In this document: piece by piece, positions 1 through 13,200 of the stretch | How the letters are laid out: the number at the start of each line of letters is the position of its first letter | Position numbering within the stretch: position 1 is the first letter of the stretch | Source of the DNA: Eledone cirrhosa | Lineage: Eukaryota | Assembly (NCBI GenBank): GCA_964016885.1 | Contig: OZ024742.1 | Coordinates: forward strand, 331,576,001 to 331,640,000 | Direction of reading: 5' to 3' | Length of the DNA stretch: 64,000 nucleotides | Program-made: the position numbers and the translations under genes | Notes under the pieces: model-generated | Databases searched by the model: none | What the model saw: only the letters and a program-made list of their open reading frames with translations | Told to the model about the DNA's origin: nothing

Positions 1-22
1 GAGGATTTAGTGGCAGTTGGGG

Positions 23-71
23 TGAACACTGAACACTGAACACTGAATACTGAACACTGAATATTGAAGGT
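23..71 (+). repeat. Example of the internal heptamer tract TGAA(C/T)A(C/T) present in every monomer
   Basis: TGAACAC x3, TGAATAC, TGAACAC, TGAATAT, then the degenerate heptamer TGAAGGT. Copy number varies from 2 to 6 between monomers. Confidence 0.97.
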
Positions 72-1569
72 TATTTTTGGCAGAAGAGAGGATTTAGTGG
101 CAGTTGGGGTGAACACTGAACACTGAATAGTGAAGGTTATTTTTGGCAGAAGAGAGGATTTAGTGGCAGTTGTGGTGAACACTGAACACTGAACACTGAA
201 TATTGAAGGTTATTTTTGGCAGAAGAGAGGATTTAGTGGCAGTTGGGGTGAACACTGAACACTGAATATTGAATATTGAAGGTTATTTTTGCAGAAGAGA
301 AGATTTAGTGGCAGTTGGGGTGAACACTGAAAACTGAACATTGAAGGTGATTTTTGGCAGAAGAGAGGATTTAGTGGCAGTTGGGGTGAACACTGAACAC
401 TGAATAGTGAAGGTTATTTTTGGCAGAAGAGAGGATTTAGTGGCAGTTGTGGTGAACACTGAACACTGAACACTGAATATTGAAGATTATTTTTGGCAGA
501 AGAGAGGATTTAGTGGCAGTTGGGGTGAACACTAAACACTGAACACTGAATATTGAAGGTTATTTTTGCAGAAGAGAGGATTTAGTGGCAGTTGGGGTGA
601 ACACTGAACACTGAACACTGAATATTGAAGGTTATTTTTGGCAGAAGGGAGGATTTAGTGGCAGTTGCGGTGAACACTGAACAGTGAACACTGAATATTG
701 AAGGTTATTTTTGGCAGAAGAGAGGATTTAGTGGCAGTTGGGGTGAACACTGAACACTGAATATTGAATATTGAAGGTTATTTTTGCAGAAGAGAAGATT
801 TAGTGGCAGTTGGGGTGAACACTGAACACTGAATATTGAAGGTTATTTTCGGCAGAAGAGAGGATTTAGTGGCAGTTGGGCTGAACACTGAACACTGAAT
901 ATTGAAGGTTATTTTTCCAGAAGAGAGGATTTAGTGGCCGTTGCGGTGAACACTGAACACTGAATATTGAATATTGAAGGTTATTTTTGCAGAAGACAGG
1001 ATTTAGTGGCCGTTGCGGTGAACACTGAACACTGAATATTGAATATTGAAGGTTATTTTTGCAGAAGAGAGGATTTAGTGGCAATTGGGGTGAACACTGA
1101 ACACTGAATATTGAAGGTTATTTTTGCAGAAGAGAGGATTTCGTGGCAGTTGGAGTGAACGCTGAACACTGAATATTGAATATTGAAGGTTATTTTTTCA
1201 GAAGAGAGGATTTAGTGGCAGTTGGGGTGAACACTGAACACTGAATATTGAATATTGAATGTTATTTTTGCAGAAGAGAGGATTTAGTGGCAGTTGGGGT
1301 TAACACTGAACACTGAATATTGAATATTGAAGGTTATTTTTGCAGAAGAGAGGATTTAGTGGCAGTTGGGATGAACACTGAACACTGAATATTGAATATT
1401 GAAGGTTATTTTTGCAGAAGAGAGGATTTAGTGGCAGTTGGGGTGAACACTGAACACTGAATATTGAATATTGAAGGTTATTTTTGCAGAAGAGAGGATT
1501 TAGTGGCAGTTGGGGTGAACACTGAACACTGAATATTGAAGGTTATTTTTGGCAGAAGAGAGGATTTAG

Positions 1570-4500
1570 TGGCAGTTGGGGTGAACACTGAACACTGAAC
1601 ACTGAATATTGAAGGTTATTTTTGGCAGAAGAGAGGATTTAGTGGCAGTTGGGGTGAACACTAAACACTGAACACTGAATATTGAAGGTTATTTTTGCAG
1701 AAGAGAGGATTTAGTGGCTGTTGGGGTGAACACTGAACACTGAACACTGAATATTGAAGGTTATTTTTGGCAGAAGAGAGGATTTAGTGGCAGTTGGGGT
1801 GAACACTGAACATTGACTTTTGAATATTGAAGGTTATTTTTGGCAGAAGAGAGGATTTAGTGGCAGTTGGGGTGAACACTAAACACTGAACACTGAATAT
1901 TGAAGGTTATTTTTGCAGAAGAGAGGATTTAGTGGCAGTTGGGGTGAACACTGAACACTGAACACTGAATATTGAAGGTTATTTTTGGCAGAAGAGAGGA
2001 TTTAGTGGCAGTTGGGGTGAACACTGAACAGTGAACACTGAATATTGAAGGTTATTTTTGGCAGAAGAGAGGATTTAGTGGCAGTTGGGGTGAACACTGA
2101 ACAGTGAACACTGAATATTGAAGGTTATTTTTGGCAGAAGAGAGGATTTAGTGGCAGTTGGGGTGAACACTGAACACTGAATATTGAATATTGAAGGTTA
2201 TTTTTGCAGAAGAGAAGATTTAGTGGCAGTTGGGGTGAACACTGAACACTGAATATTGAAGGTTATTTTTGGCAGAAGAGAGGATTTAGTGGCAGTTGGG
2301 GTGAACACTGAACACTGAATATTGAAGGTTATTTGTCCAGAAGAGAGGATTTAGTGTCCGTTGCGGTGAACAATGAACACTGAATATTGAATATTGAATA
2401 TTGAAGGTTATTTTTGCAGAAGACAGGATTTAGTGGCCGTTGCGGTGAAGACTGAACACTGAATATTGAATATTGAAGGTTATTTTTGCAGAAGAGAGGA
2501 TTTAGTGGCAATTAGGGTGAACACTGAACACTGAATATTGAAGGTTATTTTTGCAGAAGAGAGGATTTAGTGGCAGTTGGAGTGAACACTGAACACTGAA
2601 TATTGAATATTGAAGGTTATTTTTGCAGAAGAGAGGATTCAGTGGCAGTTGGGGTGAACACTGAACACTGAATATTGAATATTGAAGGTTATTTTTGCAG
2701 AAGAGAGGATTTAGTGGCAGTTGGGGTGAACACTGAACACTGAATATTGAATATTGAAGGTTATTTTTGCAGAAGAGAGGATTTAGTGGCAGTTGGGGTT
2801 AACACTGAACACTGAATATTGAATATTGAAGGTTATTTTTGCAGAAGAGAGGATTTAGTGGCAGTTGGGGTGAACACTGAACACTGAATATTGAATATTG
2901 AAGGTTATTTTTGCAGAAGAGAGGATTTAGTGGCAGTTGGGGTGAACAATGAACACTGAATATTGAATATTGAAGATTATTTTTGCAGAAGAGAGGATTT
3001 AGTGGCAGTTGGGGTGAACACTGAACACTGAATATTGAAGGTTATTTTTGGCAGAAGAGAGGATTTAGTGGCAGTTGGGATGAACACTGAACACTGAACA
3101 CTGAATATTGAATGTTATTTTTGGCAGAAGAGAGGATTTAGTGGCAGTTGGGGTGAACACTATACACTGAACACTGAATATTGAAGGTTATTTTTGAAGA
3201 GGAGATGATTTAGTGGCAGTTGGGGTGAACACTGAACACTGAACACTGAATATTGAAGGTTATTTTTGGCAGAAGAGAAGATTTAGTGGCAGTTGGGGTG
3301 AACACTGAACATTGAATTTTGAATATTGAAGGTTATTTTTGGCAGAAGAGAGGATTTAGTGGCAGTTGGGGTGAACACTGAACAGTGAACACTGAATATT
3401 GAAGGTTATTTTTGGCAGAAGAGAGGATTTAGTGACAGTTGGGGTGAACACTGAACACTGAACATTGAATATTGAAGGTTAATTTTGCAGAAGAGAGGAT
3501 TTAGTGGCAGTTGGGGTGAACACTGAACACTGAACACTGAATACTGAACACTGAATATTGAAGGTTATTTTTGGCAGAAGAGAGGATTTAGTGGCAGTTG
3601 GGGTGAACACTGAACACTGAATAGTGAAGGTTATTTTTGGCAGAAGAGAGGATTTAGTGGCAGTTGTGGTGAACACTGAACACTGAACACTGAATATTGA
3701 AGGTTATTTTTGGCAGAAGAGAGGATTTAGTGGCAGTTGGGGTGAACACTGAACACTGAATATTGAATATTGAAGGTTATTTTTGCAGAAGAGAAGATTT
3801 AGTGGCAGTTGGGGTGAACACTGAACACTGAACATTGAAGGTGATTTTTGGCAGAAGAGAGGATTTAGTGGCAGTTGGGGTGAACACTGAACACTGAATA
3901 TTGAAGGTTATTTTTCCAGAAGAGAGGATTTAGTGGCCGTTGCGGTGAACACTGAACACTGAATATTGAATATTGAAGGTTATTTTTGCAGAAGAGAGGA
4001 TTTAGTGGCCGTTGGATGAACACTGAACACTGAATATTGAATATTGAAGGTTATTTTTGCAGAAGAGAGGATCTAGTGGCAGTTGGGGTGAACACTGAAC
4101 ACTGAATATTGAAGGTTATTTTTGGCAGAAGAGAGAATTTAGTGGCAGATGGGGTGAACACTGAACAGTGGACACTGAATATTGAAGGTTATTTTTGGCA
4201 GAAGAGAGGATTTAGTGGCAGTTGGGGTGAACACTAAACACTGAACACTGAATATTGAAGGTTATTTTTGCAGAGGAGAGGATTTAGTGGCAGTTGGGGT
4301 GAACACTGAACACTGAACACTGAATACTGAACACTGAATATTGAAGGTTATTTTTGGCAGAAGAGAGGATTTAGTGGCAGTTGGGGTGAACACTGAACAC
4401 TGAACACTCAATATTGAAGATTATTTTTGTCAGAAGAGAGGATTTAGTGGCAGTTGGGGTGAACACTGAACACTGATACCTGAATATTGAAGGTTATTTT

Positions 4501-7500
4501 TGGCAGAAGAGAGGATTTAGTGGCAGTTGGGGTGAACACTGAATATTAAAGGTTATTTTTGGCAGAAGAGAGGATTTAGTGGCAGTTGGGGTGAACACTG
4601 AATATTGAAGGTTATCTTTGGCAGAAGAGAGGATTTTGTGGCAGTTGGGGTGAACACTGAACACTGAACACTGAATATTGAAGGTTATTTTTGGCAGAAG
4701 AGAGGATTTAGTGGCAGTTGGGGTGAACACTAAACACTGAACACTGAATATTGAAGGTTATTTTTGCAGAAGAGAGGATTTAGTGGCTGTTGGGGTGAAC
4801 ACTGAACACTGAACACTGAATATTGAAGGTTATTTTTGGCAGAAGAGAGGATTTAGTGGCAGTTGGGGTGAACACTGAACATTGAATTTTGAATATTGAA
4901 GGTTATTTTTGGCAGAAGAGAGGATTTAGTGGCAGTTGGGGTGAACACTAAACACTGAACACTGAATATTGAAGGTTATTTTTGCAGAAGAGAGGATTTA
5001 GTGGCAGTTGGGGTGAACACTGAACACTGAACACTGAATATTGAAGGTTATTTTTGGCAGAAGAGAGGATTTAGTGGCAGTTGGGGTGAACACTGAACAG
5101 TGAACACTGAATATTGAAGGTTATTTTTGGCAGAAGAGAGGATTTAGTGGCAGTTGGGGTGAACACTGAACAGTGAACACTGAATATTGAAGGTTATTTT
5201 TGGCAGAAGAGAGGATTTAGTGGCAGTTGGGGTGAACACTGAACACTGAATATTGAATATTGAAGGTTATTTTTGCAGAAGAGAAGATTTAGTGGCAGTT
5301 GGGGTGAACACTGAACACTGAATATTGAAGGTTATTTTTGGCAGAAGAGAGGATTTAGTGGCAGTTGGGGTGAACACTGAACACTGAATATTGAAGGTTA
5401 TTTGTCCAGAAGAGAGGATTTAGTGTCCGTTGCGGTGAACAATGAACACTGAATATTGAATATTGAATATTGAAGGTTATTTTTGCAGAAGACAGGATTT
5501 AGTGGCCGTTGCGGTGAAGACTGAACACTGAATATTGAATATTGAAGGTTATTTTTGCAGAAGAGAGGATTTAGTGGCAATTAGGGTGAACACTGAACAC
5601 TGAATATTGAAGGTTATTTTTGCAGAAGAGAGGATTTAGTGGCAGTTGGAGTGAACACTGAACACTGAATATTGAATATTGAAGGTTATTTTTGCAGAAG
5701 AGAGGATTTAGTGGCAGTTGGGGTGAACACTGAACACTGAATATTGAATATTGAAGGTTATTTTTGCAGAAGAGAGGATTTAGTGGCAGTTGGGGTGAAC
5801 ACTGAACACTGAATATTGAATATTGAAGGTTATTTTTGCAGAAGAGAGGATTTAGTGGCAGTTGGGGTTAACACTGAACACTGAATATTGAATATTGAAG
5901 GTTATTTTTGCAGAAGAGAGGATTTAGTGGCAGTTGGGGTGAACACTGAACACTGAATATTGAATATTGAAGGTTATTTTTGCAGAAGAGAGGATTTAGT
6001 GGCAGTTGGGGTGAACAATGAACACTGAATATTGAATATTGAAGATTATTTTTGCAGAAGAGATGATTTAGTGGCAGTTGGGGTGAACACTGAACACTGA
6101 ATATTGAAGGTTATTTTTGGCAGAAGAGAGGATTTAGTGGCAGTTGGGATGAACACTGAACACTGAACACTGAATATTGAATGTTATTTTTGGCAGAAGA
6201 GAGGATTTAGTGGCAGTTGGGGTGAACACTATACACTGAACACTGAATATTGAAGGTTATTTTTGAAGAGGAGATGATTTAGTGGCAGTTGCGGTGAACA
6301 CTGAACACTGAACACTGAATATTGAAGGTTATTTTTGGCAGAAGAGAAGATTTAGTGGCAGTTGGGGTGAACACTGAACATTGAATTTTGAATATTGAAG
6401 GTTATTTTTGGCAGAAGAGAGGATTTAGTGGCAGTTGGGGTGAACACTGAACAGTGAACACTGAATATTGAAGGTTATTTTTGGCAGAAGAGAGGATTTA
6501 GTGACAGTTGGGGTGAACACTGAACACTGAACATTGAATATTGAAGGTTAATTTTGCAGAAGAGAGGATTTAGTGGCAGTTGGGGTGAACACTGAACACT
6601 GAACACTGAATACTGAACACTGAATATTGAAGGTTATTTTTGGCAGAAGAGAGGATTTAGTGGCAGTTGGGGTGAACACTGAACACTGAATAGTGAAGGT
6701 TATTTTTGGCAGAAGAGAGGATTTAGTGGCAGTTGTGGTGAACACTGAACACTGAACACTGAATATTGAAGGTTATTTTTGGCAGAAGAGAGGATTTAGT
6801 GGCAGTTGGGGTGAACACTGAACACTGAATATTGAATATTGAAGGTTATTTTTGCAGAAGAGAAGATTTAGTGGCAGTTGGGGTGAACACTGAACACTGA
6901 ACATTGAAGGTGATTTTTGGCAGAAGAGAGGATTTAGTGGCAGTTGGGGTGAACACTGAACACTGAATATTGAAGGTTATTTTTCCAGAAGAGAGGATTT
7001 AGTGGCCGTTGCGGTGAACACTGAACACTGAATATTGAATATTGAAGGTTATTTTTGCAGAAGAGAGGATTTAGTGGCCGTTGGATGAACACTGAACACT
7101 GAATATTGAATATTGAAGGTTATTTTTGCAGAAGAGAGGATCTAGTGGCAGTTGGGGTGAACACTGAACACTGAATATTGAAGGTTATTTTTGGCAGAAG
7201 AGAGAATTTAGTGGCAGATGGGGTGAACACTGAACAGTGGACACTGAATATTGAAGGTTATTTTTGGCAGAAGAGAGGATTTAGTGGCAGTTGGGGTGAA
7301 CACTAAACACTGAACACTGAATATTGAAGGTTATTTTTGCAGAGGAGAGGATTTAGTGGCAGTTGGGGTGAACACTGAACACTGAACACTGAATACTGAA
7401 CACTGAATATTGAAGGTTATTTTTGGCAGAAGAGAGGATTTAGTGGCAGTTGGGGTGAACACTGAACACTGAACACTCAATATTGAAGATTATTTTTGTC

Positions 7501-7730
7501 AGAAGAGAGGATTTAGTGGCAGTTGGGGTGAACACTGAACACTGATACCTGAATATTGAAGGTTATTTTTGGCAGAAGAGAGGATTTAGTGGCAGTTGGG
7601 GTGAACACTGAATATTAAAGGTTATTTTTGGCAGAAGAGAGGATTTAGTGGCAGTTGGGGTGAACACTGAATATTGAAGGTTATCTTTGGCAGAAGAGAG
7701 GATTTTGTGGCAGTTGGGGTGAACACTGAA
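1570..7730 (+). repeat. Tandem block duplication, period 3069 bp (~1570-4638 and ~4639-7730)
   Basis: The rare variant GGCTGTT occurs at 1718 and 4787. Identical ORFs lie at 2329/5398 and 3479/6548 (offset 3069). Only a few differences were seen, e.g. GATTC at 2640 and GATGAT at 6064. Confidence 0.93.
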
Positions 7731-10220
7731 TATTGAATATTGAAGTTTATTTTTGCAGAAGAGAGGATTTAGTGACAGTTGGGGTGAACACTGAACACTG
7801 AATATTGAATATTGAAGGTTATTTTTGCAGAAGAGAGGATTTAGTGGCAGTTGGGGTGAACACTGAACACTGAACACTGAATATTGAAGGTTATTTTTGC
7901 AGAAGAGAGGATTTAGTGGCAGTTGGGGTGAACAATGAACACTTAATATTGAATATTGAAGGTTATTTTTGCAGAAGAGAGGATTTAGTGGCAGTTGGGG
8001 TGAACAATGAACACTTAATATTGAATATTGAAGGTTATATTTGCAGAAGAGAGGATTTAGTGGCAGTTGGGGTGAACACTGAACACTGAACACTGAATAT
8101 TGAAGGTTATTTTTGCAGAAGAGAGGATTTAGTGGCAGTTGGGGTGAACAATGAACACTGAATATTGAATATTGAAGGTTATTTTTGCAGAAGAGAGGAT
8201 TTAGTGGCAGTTGGGGTGAACACTGAACAGTGAACACTGAATATTGAAGGTTATTTTTGGCAGAAGAGAGGATTTAGTGACAGTTGGGGTGAACACTGAA
8301 CACTGAACATTGAATATTGAAGGTTAATTTTGCAGAAGAGAGGATTTAGTGGCAGTTGGGGTGAACACTGAACACTGAACACTGAATACTGAACACTGAA
8401 TATTGAAGGTTATTTTTGGCAGAAGAGAGGATTTAGTGGCAGTTGGGGTGAACACTGAACACTGAATAGTGAAGGTTATTTTTGGCAGAAGAGAGGATTT
8501 AGTGGCAGTTGTGGTGAACACTGAACACTGAACACTGAATATTGAAGGTTATTTTTGGCAGAAGAGAGGATTTAGTGGCAGTTGGGGTGAACACTGAACA
8601 CTGAATATTGAATATTGAAGGTTATTTTTGCAGAAGAGAAGATTTAGTGGCAGTTGGGGTGAACACTGAACACTGAACATTGAAGGTGATTTTTGGCAGA
8701 AGAGAGGACTTAGTGGCAGTTGGGGTGAACACTGAACACTGAATATTGAAGGTTATTTTTCCAGAAGAGAGGATTTAGTGGCCGTTGCGGTGAACACTGA
8801 ACACTGAATATTGAATATTGAAGGTTATTTTTGCAGAAGAGAGGATTTAGTGGCCGTTGGATGAACACTGAACACTGAATATTGAATATTGAAGGTTATT
8901 TTTGCAGAAGAGAGGATCTAGTGGCAGTTGGGGTGAACACTGAACACTGAATATTGAAGGTTATTTTTGGCAGAAGAGAGAATTTAGTGGCAGATGGGGT
9001 GAACACTGAACACTGAACACTGAATATTGAAGGTTATTTTTGGCAGAAGAGAGGATTTAGTGGCAGTTGGGGTGAACACTAAACACTGAACACTGAATAT
9101 TGAAGGTTATTTTTGCAGAGGAGAGGATTTAGTGGCAGTTGGGGTGAACACTGAACACTGAACACTGAATACTGAACACTGAATATTGAAGGTTATTTTT
9201 GGCAGAAGAGAGAATTTAGTGGCAGATGGGGTGAACACTGAACACTGAACACTGAATATTGAAGGTTATTTTTGGCAGAAGAGAGGATTTAGTGGCAGTT
9301 GGGGTGAACACTAAACACTGAACACTGAATATTGAAGGTTATTTTTGCAGAGGAGAGGATTTAGTGGCAGTTGGGGTGAACACTGAACACTGAACACTGA
9401 ATACTGAACACTGAATATTGAAGGTTATTTTTGGCAGAAGAGAGGATTTAGTGGCAGTTGGGGCGAACACTGAACACTGAACACTCAATATTGAAGATTA
9501 TTTTTGTCAGAAGAGAGGATTTAGTGGCAGTTGGGGTGAACACTGAACACTGATACCTGAATATTGAAGGTTATTTTTGGCAGAAGAGAGGATTTAGTGG
9601 CAGTTGGGGTGAACACTGAATATTAAAGGTTATTTTTGGCAGAAGAGAGGATTTAGTGGCAGTTGGGGTGAACACTGAATATTGAAGGTTATCTTTGGCA
9701 GAAGAGAGGATTTTGTGGCAGTTGGGGTGAACACTGAATATTGAATATTGAAGTTTATTTTTGCAGAAGAGAGGATTTAGTGACAGTTGGGGTGAACACT
9801 GAACACTGAATATTGAATATTGAAGGTTATTTTTGCAGAAGAGAGGATTTAGTGGCAGTTGGGGTGAACACTGAACACTGAACACTGAATATTGAAGGTT
9901 ATTTTTGCAGAAGAGAGGATTTAGTGGCAGTTGGGGTGAACAATGAACACTTAATATTGAATATTGAAGGTTATTTTTGCAGAAGAGATGATTTAGTGGC
10001 AGTTGGGGTGAACAATGAACACTTAATATTGAATATTGAAGGTTATATTTGCAGAAGAGAGGATTTAGTGGCAGTTGGGGTGAACACTGAACACTGAACA
10101 CTGAATATTGAAGGTTATTTTTGCAGAAGAGAGGATTTAGTGGCAGTTGGGGTGAACAATGAACACTGAATATTGAATATTGAAGGTTATTTTTGCAGAA
10201 GAGAGGATTTAGTGGCAGTT
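6430..10220 (+). repeat. Tandem block duplication, period 1776 bp, whose second copy has an internal 232-bp (3-monomer) duplication
   Basis: ORF offsets are 6548/8324 (1776) and 7563/9571 (2008 = 1776+232). GAGAATTTAGTGGCAGATGGGG occurs at ~8981 and ~9213 (232 = 73+72+87). Confidence 0.88.
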
Positions 10221-13200
10221 GGGGTGAACACTAAACACTGAACACTGAATATTGAAGGTTATTTTTGCAGAAGAGAGGATTTAGTGGCAGTTGGGGTGAA
10301 CACTGAACACTGAACACTGAATATTGAAGGTTATTTTTGGCAGAAGAGAGGATTTAGTGGCAGTTGGGGTGAACACTGAACAGTGAACACTGAATATTGA
10401 AGGTTATTTTTGGCAGAAGAGAGGATTTAGTGGCAGTTGGGGTGAACACTGAACAGTGAACACTGAATATTGAAGGTTATTTTTGGCAGAAGAGAGGATT
10501 TAGTGGCAGTTGGGGTGAACACTGAACACTGAATATTGAATATTGAAGGTTATTTTTGCAGAAGAGAAGATTTAGTGGCAGTTGGGGTGAACACTGAACA
10601 CTGAATATTGAAGGTTATTTTTGGCAGAAGAGAGGATTTAGTGGCAGTTGGGGTGAACACTGAACACTGAATATTGAAGGTTATTTGTCCAGAAGAGAGG
10701 ATTTAGTGTCCGTTGCGGTGAACAATGAACACTGAATATTGAATATTGAAGGTTATTTTTGCAGAAGACAGGATTTAGTGGCCGTTGCGGTGAACACTGA
10801 ACACTGAATATTGAATATTGAAGGTTACTTTTGCAGAAGAGAGGATTTAGTGGCAATTAGGGTGAACACTGAACACTGAATATTGAAGGTTATTTTTGCA
10901 GAAGAGAGGGTTTAGTGGCAGTTGGAGTGAACACTGAACACTGAATATTGAATATTGAAGGTTATTTTTGCAGAAGAGAGGATTTAGTGGCAGTTGGGGT
11001 GAACACTGAACACTGAATATTGAATATTGAAGGTTATTTTTGCAGAAGAGAGGATTTAGTGGCAGTTGGGGTGAACACTGAACACTGAATATTGAATATT
11101 GAAGGTTATTTTTGCAGAAGAGAGGATTTAGTGGCAGTTGGGGTTAACACTGAACACTGAATATTGAATATTGAAGGTTATTTTTGCAGAAGAGAGGATT
11201 TAGTGGCAGTTGGGGTGAACACTGAACACTGAATATTAAATATTGAAGGTTATTTTTGCAGAAGAGAGGATTTAGTGGCAGTTGGGGTGAACAATGAACA
11301 CTGAATATTGAATATTGAAGATTATTTTTGCAGAAGAGAGGATTTAGTGGCAGTTGGGGTGAACACTGAACACTGAATATTGAAGGTTATTTTTGGCAGA
11401 AGAGAGGATTTAGTGGCAGTTGTGGTGAACACTGAACACTGAACACTGAATATTGAAGGTTATTTTTGGCAGAAGAGAGGATTTAGTGGCAGTTGGGGTG
11501 AACACTGAACACTGAATATTGAATATTGAAGGTTATTTTTGCAGAAGAGAAGATTTAGTGGCAGTTGGGGTGAACACTGAACACTGAACATTGAAGGTTA
11601 TTTTTGGCAGAAGAGAGGATTTAGTGGCAGTGGGGGTGAACACTGAACACTGAATAGTGAAGGTTATTTTTGGCAGAAGAGAGGATTTAGTGGCAGTTGT
11701 GGTGAACACTGAACACTGAACACTGAATATTGAAGGTTATTTTTGGCAGAAGAGAGGATTTAGTGGCAGTTGGGGTGAACACTGAACACTGAATATTGAA
11801 TATTGAAGGTTATTTTTGCAGAAGAGAAGATTTAGTGGCAGTTGGGGTGAACACTGAACACTGAACATTGAAGGTTATTTTTGGCAGAAGAGAGGATTTA
11901 GTGGCAGTTGGGGTGAACACTGAACACTGAATATTGAAGGTTATTTTTCCAGAAGAGAGGATTTAGTGGCCGTTGCGGTGAACACTGAACACTGAATATT
12001 GAATATTGAAGGTTATTTTTGCAGAAGAGAGGATTTAGTGGCCGTTGGATGAACACTGAACACTGAATATTGAATATTGAAGGTTATTTTTGCAGAAGAG
12101 AGGATCTAGTGGCAGTTGGGGTGAACACTGAACACTGAATATTGAAGGTTATTTTTGGCAGAAGAGAGAATTTAGTGGCAGTTGGGGTGAACACTGAACA
12201 CTGAACACTGAATATTGAATGTTATTTTTGGCAGAAGAGAGGATTTAGTGGCAGTTCGGGTGAACACTGTACACTGAACATTGAATATTGAAGGTTAATT
12301 TTGCAGAAGAGAGGATTTAGTGACAGTTGGGGTGAACACTGTACACTGAACATTGAATATTGAAGGTTAATTTTGCAGAAGAGAGGATTTAGTGGCAGTT
12401 GGGGTGAACACTGAACACTGAACACTGAATACTGAACACTGAATATTGAAGGTTATTTTTGGCAGAAGAGAGGATTTAGTGGCAGTTGGGGTGAACACTG
12501 AACACTGAATATTGAAGGTTATTTTTGGCAGAAGAGAGGATTTAGTGGCAGTTGGGGTGAACACTGAATATTGAAGGTTATCTTTGGCAGAAGAGAGGAT
12601 TTTGTGGCAGTTGGGGTGAACACTGAATATTGAATATTGAAGTTTATTTTTGCAGAAGAGAGGATTTAGTGACAGTTGGGGTGAACACTGAACACTGAAT
12701 ATTGAATATTGAAGGTTATTTTTGCAGAAGAGAGGATTTAGTGGCAGTTGGGGTGAACACTGAACACTTAATATTGAATATTGAAGGTTATTTTTGCAGA
12801 AGAGAGGATTTAGTGGCAGTTGGGGTGAACAATGAACACTGAATATTGAATATTGAAGGTTATTTTTGCATAAGAGAGGATTTAGTGGCAGTTGGGGTGA
12901 ACACTGAACACTGAATATTGAATATTGAAGGTTATTTTTGCAGAAGAGAGGATTTAGTGGCAGTTGGGGTGAACAATGAACACTGAATATTGAATATTGA
13001 AGATTATTTTTGCAGAAGAGAGGATTTAGTGGCAGTTGGGGTGAACACTGAACACTGAATATTGAAGGTTATTTTTGGCAGAAGAGAGGATTTAGTGGCA
13101 GTTGGGATGAACACTGAACACTGAACACTGAATATTGAATGTTATTTTTGGCAGAAGAGAGGATTTAGTGGCAGTTGGGGTGAACACTAAACACTGAACA

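Noticed and set aside
17-22. TTGGGG (Tetrahymena-type telomere unit) once per monomer, with occasional TTAGGG variants
   Set aside because: It is never tandem. A single hexamer per ~70 bp is not a telomeric array.
66-83. T-tract (TTATTTTT) as a terminator, or minus-strand AAAAATAA as a polyadenylation signal
   Set aside because: There is no preceding GC-rich hairpin. The minus-strand consensus reads AATAAC, not AATAAA (only the GAAGTTTAT variant gives AATAAA), and there is no associated gene.
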